Below, piece by piece: positions 10,651-23,424 of a DNA stretch of 64,000 bases; position 1 is the stretch's first letter; each line of letters opens with the position of its first letter. A model generated the notes under the pieces. It saw only the letters and a program-made list of their open reading frames with translations. It was not told the DNA's origin and did no database searches. Origin of the DNA: Eukaryota sp. TZLM1-RC (taxonomy: Eukaryota; Protista; Metamonada: BaSk clade); the NCBI GenBank assembly GCA_040285825.1, contig JAUPSS010000003.1, positions 744,001 to 808,000 on the forward strand, written 5' to 3'. A program made the position numbers and the translations under genes.

Positions 10651-13379
10651 CTAGCAATTACAATTGCCCAATAGATCTCCAGTAGAGAGAAAAAACCTTA
10701 TCATATTTCTCCTGTTTCAAACATTAATTGATGATTTATCATCTACATAGAACTGAAAATGTCCAATACACAAGCCCAAATTACGAAATTCAAACCACCT
10801 GAGCAATTTGACTTTTGGTCTATGACTATCGATTTAAACCAACCAATGTTCAAACAAAAGATTTATAAATTCAACAACATTTTCCACACAGATGGATTTA
10901 ATATTGCAGTGGAATTTGGTGCTCGGATTTTGGAAGGTCAGAAATGTCAGCCACACAACAAGGCCAGTATTTCTGATTTATATATTGATGATGTTGATGT
11001 TGATACTTTTCAAGATAAACGAATAGTTGTATGTGATCATCGAAAACGTGATTTAATGTATTTTGGCAGTGGAAAAACGGATCAAGAATTAGCCATGGTG
11101 CCTGAAGATGAAACTGAGCAGCAAAGAAATAGTCGGGTGATGAATCAAGACAAGAAATTCAAATGGTTGAGAATGACTCAGATGACCTGGTCTTTGAAAA
11201 GTAGGATTAATGAAAAACAAAATCGATGGGCGACAAAGTAAACTGAGGTAGATTACGACAGGAACCAAATGATAGAGTCTAACGAAATGATAATTGAAGA
11301 TGCAAATACCGAATTATCCGCATTTGCTGCCAATTCTGCAACTTTTAGAGATTTTTCCAACTTTGTGGTTGGTAAACTTCGGCAAGTTGTTTTTGACAAT
11401 TGACTTTTACAGTCTTGACTTGTTGAGCAATCATAAAATGCAAGCTTTTCTTCACAAGTAAAAGTTTGAAAGTTGGTTGTTAAAAAGCCCTTTTTTATTC
11501 ATTTATTTTTATTTTATTCATTCAAGAAATATGAAAACATAAAATACACAATTAAAACTCCACATCCTCAAAACCTGTCTCCCCTACATCAAAACAATTA
11601 ATTGCTAAAGATTCAGAAAATTTCCCAAAGGAAGAGAGTGAATCAGAAATTAGTTTTACCATTCCCTTAAAAATAGAAAATACAATCCTGTTTTGCCAGT
11701 AAACACGATTGAAAATTCTTCCAGGTCTCTCCTTTACAACTACAACAAAATCCTCAAGGAAAGCCATAGCAGCCTTACCTAGAGATCCAAGCAAAAAAAC
11801 AAAGGGACATAAATTATATTGGGCATGAGAATTTTCATTAACTGAGGAAAAGGGTTTCGCATATTTAGCAATTTTATATTTTTCGCCTGCAAGAAGAGGA
11901 TTATTTACATCCGAGTTAATAAGATGTTCGTTAGAAGAATTACAAGGTCAATAGACATGGCGTCTAAAATAGTAAAACTACCATTTAAACCGGGAACAAC
12001 TAGATCACCTCTTTTCAGACCCATAGAAGCTCTGTTGTAACGCGTACTATCAATATTGGGGTCATCAAGAATTAATTTTGATAACAACGGCTCTAAAAAG
12101 GAATCTATTCGGTATGATTTGCACATAACATAAATTTGGTCCCTGACATTATTATGCACTTTGCTTCTAAATGTAATAAAATGTTTACAGTTCAAACGAT
12201 GAGTAAACAAAAGAGGTTTACCACATTTACAAGTTTAATGATTGGGCAAATTGTTTGGCCACAGAGAACAACGAAAACGCATGTTTAAAAGCCATTCATT
12301 GTTTTTTAACAAAAGTCCATAAACAGAGGGAATTTAAGTTACTAAAGCAGCAGCAGAACTATCACGAATGTCCTTTAAAAAATTACCAAAAGCGAGATTT
12401 TCAGTTTTGGCCAAGCCAAGTCTTACTTCATAATCCAAGCCTTCATATAATTCAACCAGATGGTGCTGAAGCTTTTTCAGGCAAAAACGTAAATTTGGAA
12501 GTGATCGGGTGGGAATTTCTTGAACATTTTGAGGAAAACACTGAATCCAGATATCACTAGGCAAATTAACTAATTCAATTTGAAGTTGAATCACATAAAA
12601 ATTTGATTCACCATGGATCAAATGAACATCATAAGGAAACCTTTGGAAAAATTCAAAAATAAAATTTTTTCCACCTCCTAAAAAAGCTGCTTTACATAAA
12701 ATCGAAGATTTAGTGAAACCAATTCCACCCAATTCAGCAGAACAAAAAACATGACTTCGAATTAAAGATTCATTTACCTCCAATAAAGAAGAAAAAAATT
12801 TGACCCGAAGTTTGTTGAAAGATCTACAAAAATCAAGAGATACTGAAGGAGGAGTTGACCTTGAAAATATGAGTGAATTTTTCAGAATAACAAATTTTTA
12901 AAATAAAAAATTTGATGTGTTTTTCAATATCACATTCAGCAATAAAACTAAACCTTGTTCAGAATTTTGGCAACCCAAAAGACACTTTAATATTAATGGG
13001 TGATTTTGGTAAAAAAGGTTCCAAGAATTTAAAACATCAGAGACCTACTCGACTCATTGGATGGATTCAATTTTTGAAAAGAAATGGATTTGAAATATTG
13101 ATCATTAGTGAAGCTTTCACTTCAGCAAATTGTCCTGTTTGTTTTGAAAAGGTTGATACGTTTTTGAGAGTAACAAATCCTAGACGCTATAGAAGAGAAA
13201 AGACTCCTGTTACTACATGTCATGATTTATTAGCTTGTAACAGTGAGAGTTGGAAACTCAGTAACAAAAGCTCAACAAAGCTTTTCAATAGAAATAAGCT
13301 GGCTTGTCTGAATATGTTTGCAATATTGTAAGCCAGAAAGAGTGGTAATGAAAGGCCTCAGTATCTGTGTAGTACATAG
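10651..13379 (+). pseudogene. Fanzor1 RNA-guided nuclease (locus 2), N-terminally deleted and interrupted by an RLE retrotransposon
   Basis: FNNIFHTDG, LYIDD, IVVCDHRKRDLMY (RuvC-I), ILMGDF, ISEAFTSANCPVC (RuvC-II plus zinc finger), LLAC...FNRNKLACLNM (RuvC-III, D to N), ERPQYL. Confidence 0.85.
11491..12952 (-). mobile_element. 5'-truncated RLE-type (CRE/SLACS-like) non-LTR retrotransposon inserted in Fanzor
   Basis: RSTPP, LGGIG...AAFLGG, HRLNCKHFITFRSKVHNNVRD, EP...RGDL...DAM (RLE domain), and an A-rich 3' tail at about 11491-11525. The flanks rejoin as Fanzor FESWLLKS|LVQNFGNPKD. Confidence 0.85.
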
Positions 13380-13440
13380 TTTTTGCAATTATTCCGCACG
13401 AGAATTGATCGTGTACTTATAACAATTTCCTGTCTCTTAA
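13380..13440 (+). ncRNA. Candidate Fanzor omegaRNA 3' region (locus 2)
   Basis: Hairpin GCACGA-GAATTGA-TCGTGT (13396-13414) just after the Fanzor stop, where an omegaRNA is expected. Confidence 0.25.
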
Positions 13441-13885
13441 CTTCCTCCAAACACCCTTCTGTTTATTCATTGATTCATTTATTTAACCGATATCACACTA
13501 CCCACACTGATTGACTCCATTGGAAGAGCAAGACGATGATATGGAGAGTGAAAAGACTGACGAAGAGGAACAGGTAAATTGAAGATGAATTCCTTGACGC
13601 TTGCTTTTTCAGAAACTTGCAAATGGCTATGTGTGTTGACGAACAATAATATAACATGTATAACAAAATTATTGGTTCAATAAAATTGGTATAATGAAGA
13701 TAAAATGTTGGAAAGAATTTGTTATAATACTAATCTAACAAATTCTTTATTCAATAAAATCTTCCTGAAGATTTGTGAAGATTTGTGTCAAGAATCAACA
13801 ACTGGAGTCACCCAGTGGTTGAAATTTTAAATAATGGAAACAGTGATTTCCAGACAACAGTTGTTGATTCTCTTATTATTATTCA

Positions 13886-14248
13886 ATGTCTTCAGACTTG
13901 GAGCACCCGCGTAAATTCTACATACTTTATCCTCTCTACTTTGATTCAACGGTCTCCAGAAACGATGGCCGTAGATTCACGAAAGATCTCTGTGTTGATA
14001 AACCAACCATGGACGAACTAGGTCAATGTTTGAAATCTCTTTCTATCGAATATAAAACAGAGTTGCATAAGCGTCACCCACGAAGTTGGGACTCACCTGG
14101 AAGAATAATTATCTATCCATCTGAAGGTCATAACTCAAAAACTAACATTTTCAAACAAGTTGGTAGCAAGTTGCCTGAAATACGTTTAAAACGTACCGAG
14201 CAAGCTGCAGCTGCATCATCGAAAAAGAAATCCAAAAAGAGACGATAA
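13886..14248 (+). CDS. SRP19: Signal recognition particle 19 kDa subunit
   Basis: ILYPLYFDS...DGRR, KRHPRSW...PGRI, and a Lys-rich tail. Confidence 0.93.
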   Translation: MSSDLEHPRKFYILYPLYFDSTVSRNDGRRFTKDLCVDKPTMDELGQCLKSLSIEYKTELHKRHPRSWDSPGRIIIYPSEGHNSKTNIFKQVGSKLPEIRLKRTEQAAAASSKKKSKKRR

Positions 14249-14328
14249 TGGTCACATTTATAGTTTTATTCATAACATGTGGATAATAAATACATTGTTT
14301 CAGTTATAACCTGGTTATTGAGTACAAC

Positions 14329-14721
14329 CTAACGGCCATGCTTTTCCTTGATATTGTTCAAAACCCTAAGAATTGCCTGAATGTCCCATTGAATGGATGC
14401 TGCCCAATTTTCGACATCTCCTAATGACTTGGCTGCATCGTGTAATTTTTCAGCTTGAGAAGCCCATGATCCTGTTTGACGTACAAAGTGATCAGCAGCA
14501 TTGGAAATTTGTGCAATTTCCTTGTCTATGACATCTTGACGCTTGCTAACCTGTACCACACGTTCTTGTATAGAATCATGGATGATTTTAGTGAGTTGTT
14601 CTGCGTCTTTAGAGGCATTCTTGCGGGCTTGGCCTGGTATTAATCACAGTGACATCATACCGGCCTCTGATTTGAGACAAGATAGTTCTTGTTGATGTTC
14701 TTTGAGTATAGATGAAAACAT
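14329..14721 (-). CDS. BLOC1S1: BLOC-1/BORC subunit 1 (GCN5L1), 2 exons
   Basis: MFSSILKEHQ start, 27-nt GT-AG intron 14634-14660, AKSLGDVENWAASIQWDI signature. Confidence 0.88.
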
Positions 14722-14757
14722 TTGTTTCCATTTTTTCCCTATCCAATCATCTTCACT

Positions 14758-15360
14758 ATGAGTGCTGCTATGCAGAACCAACTTTTCCAACTTAAGTTTG
14801 TGACAAAGCAGATGGACAGACTGGCAAAGAAGGCTGAAAAGGCTGAAAAGTCAGAGCGAAAAAAGGTCAAAACTGCTATTGAAAAGGGCAACAACGAAGG
14901 GGCACGCATCTTTGCTCAGAACGTCATCCGTAAGAAAAACGAACAGATGAACTATCTACGACTCTCATCTCGAATTGATGCAGTGGCTTCTCGACTTGAA
15001 TCTGCTATCCAAGTAGGTGGTGTGACACGCACTATGTCTAAAGTAGTTGGTAATTTGGACAAGGCTTTATCTTCAATGAACCTTGAAAAGGTCTCCAACA
15101 TAATGGGTGAATTTGAAAATCAGTTTGGAAACCTCGACGTCCAAGAACAGTACATGAGTGAAGCTATGGGATCCACTATGGCGACTTCTGCTCCAGAAGA
15201 TGATGTAAGTGCCTTAATTGATGAAATTGGTCATGAACATGGTCTACAAGTATCCCATTCCCTCGGTCAACCAGGAAATGCTATTCCAGATGCTCCAACC
15301 GCCACCACCAATTCTCCAGAAGATGAACTCATGGCTAGGTTTAATCAGCTCAAGTCATAG
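14758..15360 (+). CDS. CHMP1: ESCRT-III-associated CHMP1/Did2 (Snf7 family)
   Basis: LFQLKF..KQM, IEKGNNEGARIFAQNVIRKKNE, SSRIDAVASR, and C-terminal MIM DELMARFNQLK. Confidence 0.93.
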   Translation: MSAAMQNQLFQLKFVTKQMDRLAKKAEKAEKSERKKVKTAIEKGNNEGARIFAQNVIRKKNEQMNYLRLSSRIDAVASRLESAIQVGGVTRTMSKVVGNLDKALSSMNLEKVSNIMGEFENQFGNLDVQEQYMSEAMGSTMATSAPEDDVSALIDEIGHEHGLQVSHSLGQPGNAIPDAPTATTNSPEDELMARFNQLKS

Positions 15361-15582
15361 GGCTATGTTTAGTTTTTTGTTCTCATTAATTTTGTGGGTT
15401 GTATATATTCGGCCATAATAAAGGCTTCTTCCAGTAGTAATGATGCGAAATTCCATTGGTGATTGTATTTATCAGCAAGCATGTAGGGTTTGTTTTATTG
15501 ATACAAGCCAAAAGATATAATGAATTTTGTAATCTGTCAATGATCAATAAACAGAATTTTAAACCAAAATTTACAACATTAA

Positions 15583-16059
15583 CTAAAACAAATCTCGTTC
15601 TTTGTTATCATAATAATTGATCATCTCGGGGAAAAAGAAGCACACTTCTCGCTTCGAGGTCCATTCCGAATCCGAACCATGTACCAAGTTCCTAGTTAAG
15701 CTTGCCCCATAGTCGTTTCTAATACGGTACTTCAGAAGGTCCCATTGCTCAATAGCATTGTGTCCTTTAAGGACAAGTATTTTGACTGGACCTTCTGTCA
15801 TGAAGGAGATAAGTTCGTTGAAAAAAGGCTTAGGTCTATGCTCAAAATAGAATTCAGAAACATCGCCTTCAGAAAGATGTGTGACTTTTGAGTCCAGTAT
15901 AGTCAGCCCTGAAGAATAGATTAGTTCTTCAACTGTGTCCAAGTGAGGGGACTGCATTAGATCTGGCTTAAATATTGCCAATGTCAGTTCTTCACATCCA
16001 AAAGAAAGTTGAAATAAAACACCAAGTAGTATGAAAAGTATGAAGGTATATGAGCGCAT
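15583..16059 (-). CDS. NDK: Nucleoside diphosphate kinase family protein with N-terminal hydrophobic signal-like sequence
   Basis: TLAIFKPD, FYFEH..KPFF, GP, RNLVHGSDS (catalytic His), REV.FFF. Confidence 0.85.
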   Translation of the reverse strand: MRSYTFILFILLGVLFQLSFGCEELTLAIFKPDLMQSPHLDTVEELIYSSGLTILDSKVTHLSEGDVSEFYFEHRPKPFFNELISFMTEGPVKILVLKGHNAIEQWDLLKYRIRNDYGASLTRNLVHGSDSEWTSKREVCFFFPEMINYYDNKERDLF

Positions 16060-16144
16060 ACTAAAACAGTGTGACAGCAAAGGTAAGGCAAAGAATGTGA
16101 TCTCATTATCTGCAAATTTGTGTATTTGCAATTCTTTTATTTTT

Positions 16145-16670
16145 AGGGTTTCCTTTTAGGGTTTTCCGTGAAATCAAGATCAACTTTGAAAATAAATGAA
16201 ATGCTGAGTACCCATGACCTATCCTTTTAAAGCATGTAATTTTGTTTAGGATGAGGCTATAGCTATTGAATCAGACAAATCTGTATAGAACAGAAGAAAA
16301 CAAGATGTAGAAGATTATATAGACACAAAAAAGCGTGAATAGAAAGGAAGAGGTCTGGAGGAGCCACCATTGAAGATAGAGAAGTCATGATTTGGACTCT
16401 TCCAATCATTTTTGATTGAACTGTTCTGTTGATTTTTTTGATTTTTGATTTTCTGAGTTCTATTACCGTATTCTTGACAGTTTTTTCATTCGGCATCTAC
16501 TAATTATTTTTATTCCCAAACTCAGAAGCTTAGTTTGCTGACCATAGAATATCACTGCGCCTCCATTGATTATTTAATGTAAGGATAGATATGTAAGGTT
16601 CAATTCTATGCATGTATTGATCAACAACAAATTTATTATTGTTTCTCTTATTATTCCATACCTATTACAA
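16145..16670. repeat. Inverted, order-permuted duplicate of two segments from 60240-61845 (includes the KIN17 3' end)
   Basis: 16145-16303 matches the reverse complement of about 60235-60485, without the 99-bp insert. 16310-16670 matches the reverse complement of about 61485-61845. Confidence 0.8.
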
Positions 16671-16769
16671 AACTAATCTTAGTGAGCATTATTGAATATT
16701 GATTGAATATCTAAACTAATTGATGTTATAAAAATTCCGTTATTGTTCCAGCTGAAAGATATGACAGAC

Positions 16770-18380
16770 CTCAAGTTTGAGTTTGCTTCATGGTTTCATC
16801 ATCTGTGGATTTATTTAGCTTTTAATTCTTCTGCTTAACAAACTCAAATTTTGGGATCTTGTGAGCCTTCCGTAGCATTAGATTTTTGTCGTTCCTTTAA
16901 TTTATTGAGAACAGAATATTTTGCTGATTTATCGGATGTAGATCCAGAAATGTTGAAAAATCACTTTTTTCGGCAGCAACTTCTGGAAGTGTTAGTTCCT
17001 AGATGCAGTCCTTATTTGAATGAGTTATCCTGTGAGCTAGAAAGATTGCCACCACAAATCTGGTCAAATATTTTCCCCAATCAATTCAAGAAATTCCGAT
17101 CCGATCTCTTTTCAATTTGCAGTTTTGCTGTGAAAAGCGTCAACAAATACTGTCTCAAATTTTTGAAAGCTTGTATTTTGATGTTGTACTTGGCTTGGCC
17201 AAGAAAAAGAATCCCACTTTTGCAAATCTTTTACAAGATATTTTGAAAATAATATTTATTTATAAAAAGACTTATAAATCAACATCTAAATAATGCATCT
17301 CTCCCAAAACAAAACAACGAAATGCAACTCTCTTATAGTGAGATCCAAGAGAAAGTAAAGCATCAGAAACCGTCTTCAACATTTCCTTAATAGAAAACAC
17401 AATTTTATTTTGCCAAAACAATCTGTTGAAATTTCTGTTGGTTTTTCTCTTTACAATCATTTCAAAATCTACCAAAAATCGTATAGACGCGGAAGCAAGT
17501 GAAATAATATAAAGAAAAAACAAATGGATACAAGTTGTATTTTGCATGCTGTTGGGTGTACATGTGTGAAAGTACATTTGCTGCTTTAGTAACAACCAAT
17601 CCTCAAGTTTATGGCACTCTCTCAACTGATTCTAACTGGACTTTGAATAAGAGACTTCGTTCCTTTATCTGGCCTGATAATTTACCTCATAATCTAATTT
17701 GCAAATGTACTCGAAAAATTAGAATTGCTCACTTGTTAAATTGTGAACTTTTTATTACTTTTAGAAGCAAGATTCATGATACTTTCAGAGATTCGATTGT
17801 TTTGTATGTGTAAGTCTCATAAAATTGAATCTTTTTTGGAACCACTGTTGTCAAATCTGTTTGATGCTGAAAATTATTTTCATAAGAATAATAGAGGTGA
17901 TGTCATATTACCTGCACTAGATGGAACCTTCTTTTTAGTGGATGTACTGTCTCTTGATCCTTGTAATGCCTCAAATGAAAGGCTCACTAATTCTGAAATT
18001 CATAATCCTCTTTCAAATGCTGAAAATTTCAAAATCAAAAAATACAGTGAACCTTTGTCCAAATTGTCCAGCCAACAGCATGAAAAATACAATTTGCATC
18101 CATTTGTATTTTCTCTATTTGATTCACTTGCTCCCACTGCTGTACGCTTTTTGGCAGTTTTTGAAATGATTGTAAAGAGAAGAACCAACAGAAATTTTAG
18201 CAGATTGTTTTGGCAAAATGGAATTGTGTGTTTCGTTGTTAAGGGAATTTTGAAGAGGGACTCTGATGCTTTGCTTTCTCTTGGTTCACACTATAAGAGA
18301 GTTGCATCTACTTGTTTTGCTTTGGGAGAGATGGATTATTCAGGTGTTGATTTATCAGTTTTCTAATAAATACATATTAT
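16770..18380 (+). mobile_element. Truncated RLE-type non-LTR retrotransposon with a nested inverted 3'-end copy
   Basis: PSVALDFCRSFN, AALVTTNPQVYG, CKC...HLLNC...RSKIHD, EPLL...RGDV...VDV (RLE), and AATAAA at the 3' end. Confidence 0.85.
17246..17560 (-). mobile_element. 3'-end fragment of the same RLE family, inserted antisense inside the element above
   Basis: Reverse complement of about 18070-18380 (FEMIVKRKTNRNFNRLFWQNKIVF...HYKRVA). Confidence 0.8.
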
Positions 18381-18486
18381 TAAAAGGCACAGAGAATAAA
18401 CTATCTTGATTGTTAGTTTCATTTCATCTTCCTTCTCCACTAATCTCACGGGTTGATTCTATTTGACATTTTTGTGCCATTAGCTG

Positions 18487-19239
18487 ATGTCGTCCCTGCC
18501 CGTATCTCAGTCTGTCTTACTCTCTTTGTCCAATCTCAAAGACACTGTACAGCAATGTCTGGAAGAGCTCCGTGAAAAAACTGATGGTTTGACATCAGCC
18601 GAAAATCGTATAAGAGACATGGAGACAGAAATAACTGATCTTCAACGACGTCTGCGTAGTGCCTGTTCTGAAAATGCAGAACTTCAGGATACTGTCAGAT
18701 CACTGCGCAAGGAAAATGGAAAGTTACAAAGCTTCAAACGTTCTATTCTAGAGTCAGTACAGGAAGACAGCTATGTTGCATCACCTGCTAAGTCTTTTGC
18801 CTCCACGTCCAAAACACCTCCCCAAGCTCGTCCCAGTGTTTCGTTCTCAACTGGACCAGGCTTGGACAAGAGTGATCTTGGACCTGAAATGTCTAGACTC
18901 TCTTCTTCCAGTCACAGCTCTTCCCGTAATATGGCGTCTTCGATAACTGATGAGTTGCTCGCTGAAATTGATACTGTTTCTCAACGTAGAAGCGACTCTT
19001 CTGGCATCTTTTCCTCTCCAACCAGTGGTGATGGTCGGGAATTTTTCAGAAAGGCTAGAAGCGAGTTGTCTTATGAAAAATTTAGCAAGTTTTTGTCTGT
19101 AATTAAGGAACTCAATTCGCGTAGATTGTCTAGGGAGGATGCTTTACGTGCTGCTAGGGAGTTGTTTTTGGCAGAAAATCCTGTCTTGTATTCTGAATTT
19201 GCAAGACTTTTGGATCGTTTCAATGAACAGTTGATGTAA
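18487..19239 (+). CDS. At4g15545-like coiled-coil protein
   Basis: N-terminal coiled coil and C-terminal DGREFFRKARSELSYEKFSKFLSVIKELN domain. Confidence 0.75.
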   Translation: MSSLPVSQSVLLSLSNLKDTVQQCLEELREKTDGLTSAENRIRDMETEITDLQRRLRSACSENAELQDTVRSLRKENGKLQSFKRSILESVQEDSYVASPAKSFASTSKTPPQARPSVSFSTGPGLDKSDLGPEMSRLSSSSHSSSRNMASSITDELLAEIDTVSQRRSDSSGIFSSPTSGDGREFFRKARSELSYEKFSKFLSVIKELNSRRLSREDALRAARELFLAENPVLYSEFARLLDRFNEQLM

Positions 19240-19395
19240 TTGTAATTTAATTAGATTATGTAATTTTAAAGTTTGAAATAAATTCACTTGACAAATAGAG
19301 ATGCAATTTTTCAAGAGTTTTTTAATAATTCAATACACATTGATTATAAATGAAAGACTAACAAAAAACTAGACAAAATCCGGTAAACAAAAAAA

Positions 19396-21105
<1,710 letters not shown>

Positions 21106-21433
21106 TCATTTTTCTTTAATGGGGTGTACCATTTATTAAACTTTTTTTTAAACTTCCACACTTAACAAAATAAACTCATAATATTAGTTGCCGAGTACGA
21201 AGATTTATTGATCGAACTCTTTGAGTGTTAATTGTTTATGAGGTTTATGTTGTCTCTGTGCTGTTGGTAAGATAGTGTTGGACATTGCTTAAGTAAAGCT
21301 GAATTGAAAGAGCACATGATGTATTGAAATATTTAGACACCTTTTGACAACTTGTGTGGAACATGAGAACAGAAATGGAACGGATTCCACTTTGCTAGGT
21401 CTTTTGCCAAGTCTACATCACACATCATTTTTC

Positions 21434-22996
21434 ATGTCCCAGGATCCTAAACATTTAGAATGTCCAGTATGCCTTGATATTTTTGACGAGCCATGTGCAC
21501 TTCCTTGTGGACACAGTGTCTGTCGTGATAAATGTCTCCTTCCATGGCTTCAAGATCATAGAAATTCCACATGTCCATCGTGTAAGCAAGAACTTTCAGA
21601 CCCCAAGGCAGAATTTCCCATCAATTACCAGCTACGTGAGGCAGTCGAGGCCCACCATCAAGCCAATCTTTCAGTAACGGAGATTTGCTCAGCGTGTGAT
21701 AGTACACCTGCAACTCTCTTCTGTAAAGACTGTGATGCCAACCTATGCAGAGAATGTCGTACGAATCTACATGTAGCCAAGTTCATGGCATCTCACTTCA
21801 TTGTACCGATCGTTGAAAGACAGACTGTTCAGATCAAGAAGTGTCCTTCCCATCCTTCTAAAGAACTAGAATACTTCTGCTCCGAGTGCAGTGTTGCAAT
21901 CTGTATGAACTGTTGTGTGTTTGATGATCATTTCGAGCACAAGTCAGCTCTTCAACCTATTGCTGACGCTGAACAAAAGATGGAGAGTGTAATAACTGAG
22001 ATCAATACCCAACTCGAAAGCACACAAAAGGAGGTCTCTCAATCCGTCCAATCCCTTGCCGTTTCTATATCGGATATTCCTCAAGAACTTTTGAAGGAAG
22101 TGTCTGCTCTGCTCAATGAAACACATTTGGATTTAGAATTGTTCAGAAATAAGTTTTATTCATGCGAGGAGGTGGTTGTCTCTACTTCACTGTCACCCTC
22201 TGCTGATCAAGTCGTCCAGAAAAAGGTTGGTCAGTTGCTTGAGCGTATCAAGTGTATTCGAAATGAATTAACAGGTTTCTTGAAGCATTGTACCGGAAAA
22301 CTTTCAAAGACAAACTTTGGCAATTTGAAACATTTGGAGAGTTCCAAATCAACATGTATCAGAAAGCAAAATAAGGAAGAAGTACCCAGTAATGGTAATT
22401 TGATGCAAGTGTCTCCAGAACGTGTGTTAGAAGAACCTGAACAGCACAGTCACCAACGTAATCTAGATGTTTCAGAAGAAAACAGCATAGAAGCACGTGC
22501 TTTGTGTGCTTTTAAGTTCAGGTTTTGTCATCATCAGAGACATAAGTTCCTTGTGGTGTCTCACGATGGTCTTACAATTTTCAGAGGAGGCACTTCTCAG
22601 CAACCCACACTCTCAAATGTACTTGGTGATCAGCCACTGCAAAATGGGAACATCTACAAGTGGAAGGTTGCTACAGATGGACGCAATCCCGGGAGGAGAT
22701 GTGTAGGCATTATCCCAAGAAAACAGTTCCGAAGGGGTAATTCTTTAAATGGCTGTTCGAATGCATACATTTTTTTAAGTGACTTGGGTGTGTTCTCTTC
22801 AATCTCTGGTCCTTTCCGTGTTTGGCCAGCCAATTCAACCATTGAAATTACTGTTGATCTCATTGATTTCACAATGACTATTACTGATTCTTCTAATAGC
22901 ATTGATCTTGCAACGAATATTCATCGCTTGGAAGATGATTGTTATTATCCTGTTTTTTGTCTCCCAAAAAATTCTCAATTCATGCTTGTAAATTAG
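21434..22996 (+). CDS. TRIM-like protein (RING, two B-boxes, coiled coil, SPRY-like)
   Basis: C3HC4 RING (CPVC...CGHSVC...CPSC), B-box1 and B-box2 Cys/His patterns, and C-terminal YKWKV...CVGI...YYPVF. Confidence 0.82.
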   Translation: MSQDPKHLECPVCLDIFDEPCALPCGHSVCRDKCLLPWLQDHRNSTCPSCKQELSDPKAEFPINYQLREAVEAHHQANLSVTEICSACDSTPATLFCKDCDANLCRECRTNLHVAKFMASHFIVPIVERQTVQIKKCPSHPSKELEYFCSECSVAICMNCCVFDDHFEHKSALQPIADAEQKMESVITEINTQLESTQKEVSQSVQSLAVSISDIPQELLKEVSALLNETHLDLELFRNKFYSCEEVVVSTSLSPSADQVVQKKVGQLLERIKCIRNELTGFLKHCTGKLSKTNFGNLKHLESSKSTCIRKQNKEEVPSNGNLMQVSPERVLEEPEQHSHQRNLDVSEENSIEARALCAFKFRFCHHQRHKFLVVSHDGLTIFRGGTSQQPTLSNVLGDQPLQNGNIYKWKVATDGRNPGRRCVGIIPRKQFRRGNSLNGCSNAYIFLSDLGVFSSISGPFRVWPANSTIEITVDLIDFTMTITDSSNSIDLATNIHRLEDDCYYPVFCLPKNSQFMLVN

Positions 22997-23227
22997 TTGG
23001 AATGTGTAAATAGTAAATATGTTTTCGACCTGTTTGGCATTTATTTTATAAGCAACATTTGAAGAACGAAGCCATTTCAAGTTTTCATATTGAAGGGCAG
23101 GGTTGCGTGCTCTATCATTGATAAATAATCATGCTACTAATAAATCTACTAAAAATCTACTATAAAATAACTTTGTTATAGCTACACTGAAATACATCAA
23201 GACACCAGCTAATCTCAACTCATTTAA

Positions 23228-23308
23228 TGTTACCTTAGGTTGCAAAAGTGGTTGAGATAAAGATAATTTATTTTCTATTCATATTATAAAAGCCTTAGGG
23301 CGCCAACA
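23228..23308 (-). repeat. 3' LTR of Gypsy B (81 bp)
   Basis: TGTTGGCG...GGTAACA on the minus strand; direct repeat of 30210-30290. Confidence 0.92.
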
Positions 23309-23424
23309 CTGCTTCTTCCCTTTTTCAGAGCTAATAGGCTTATATAAATATGAATCTAAACTATAAACAAATAACTAAATAACTAAATAACTACAAATAA
23401 CCTAATCTAAACTGAGAATTAGCA

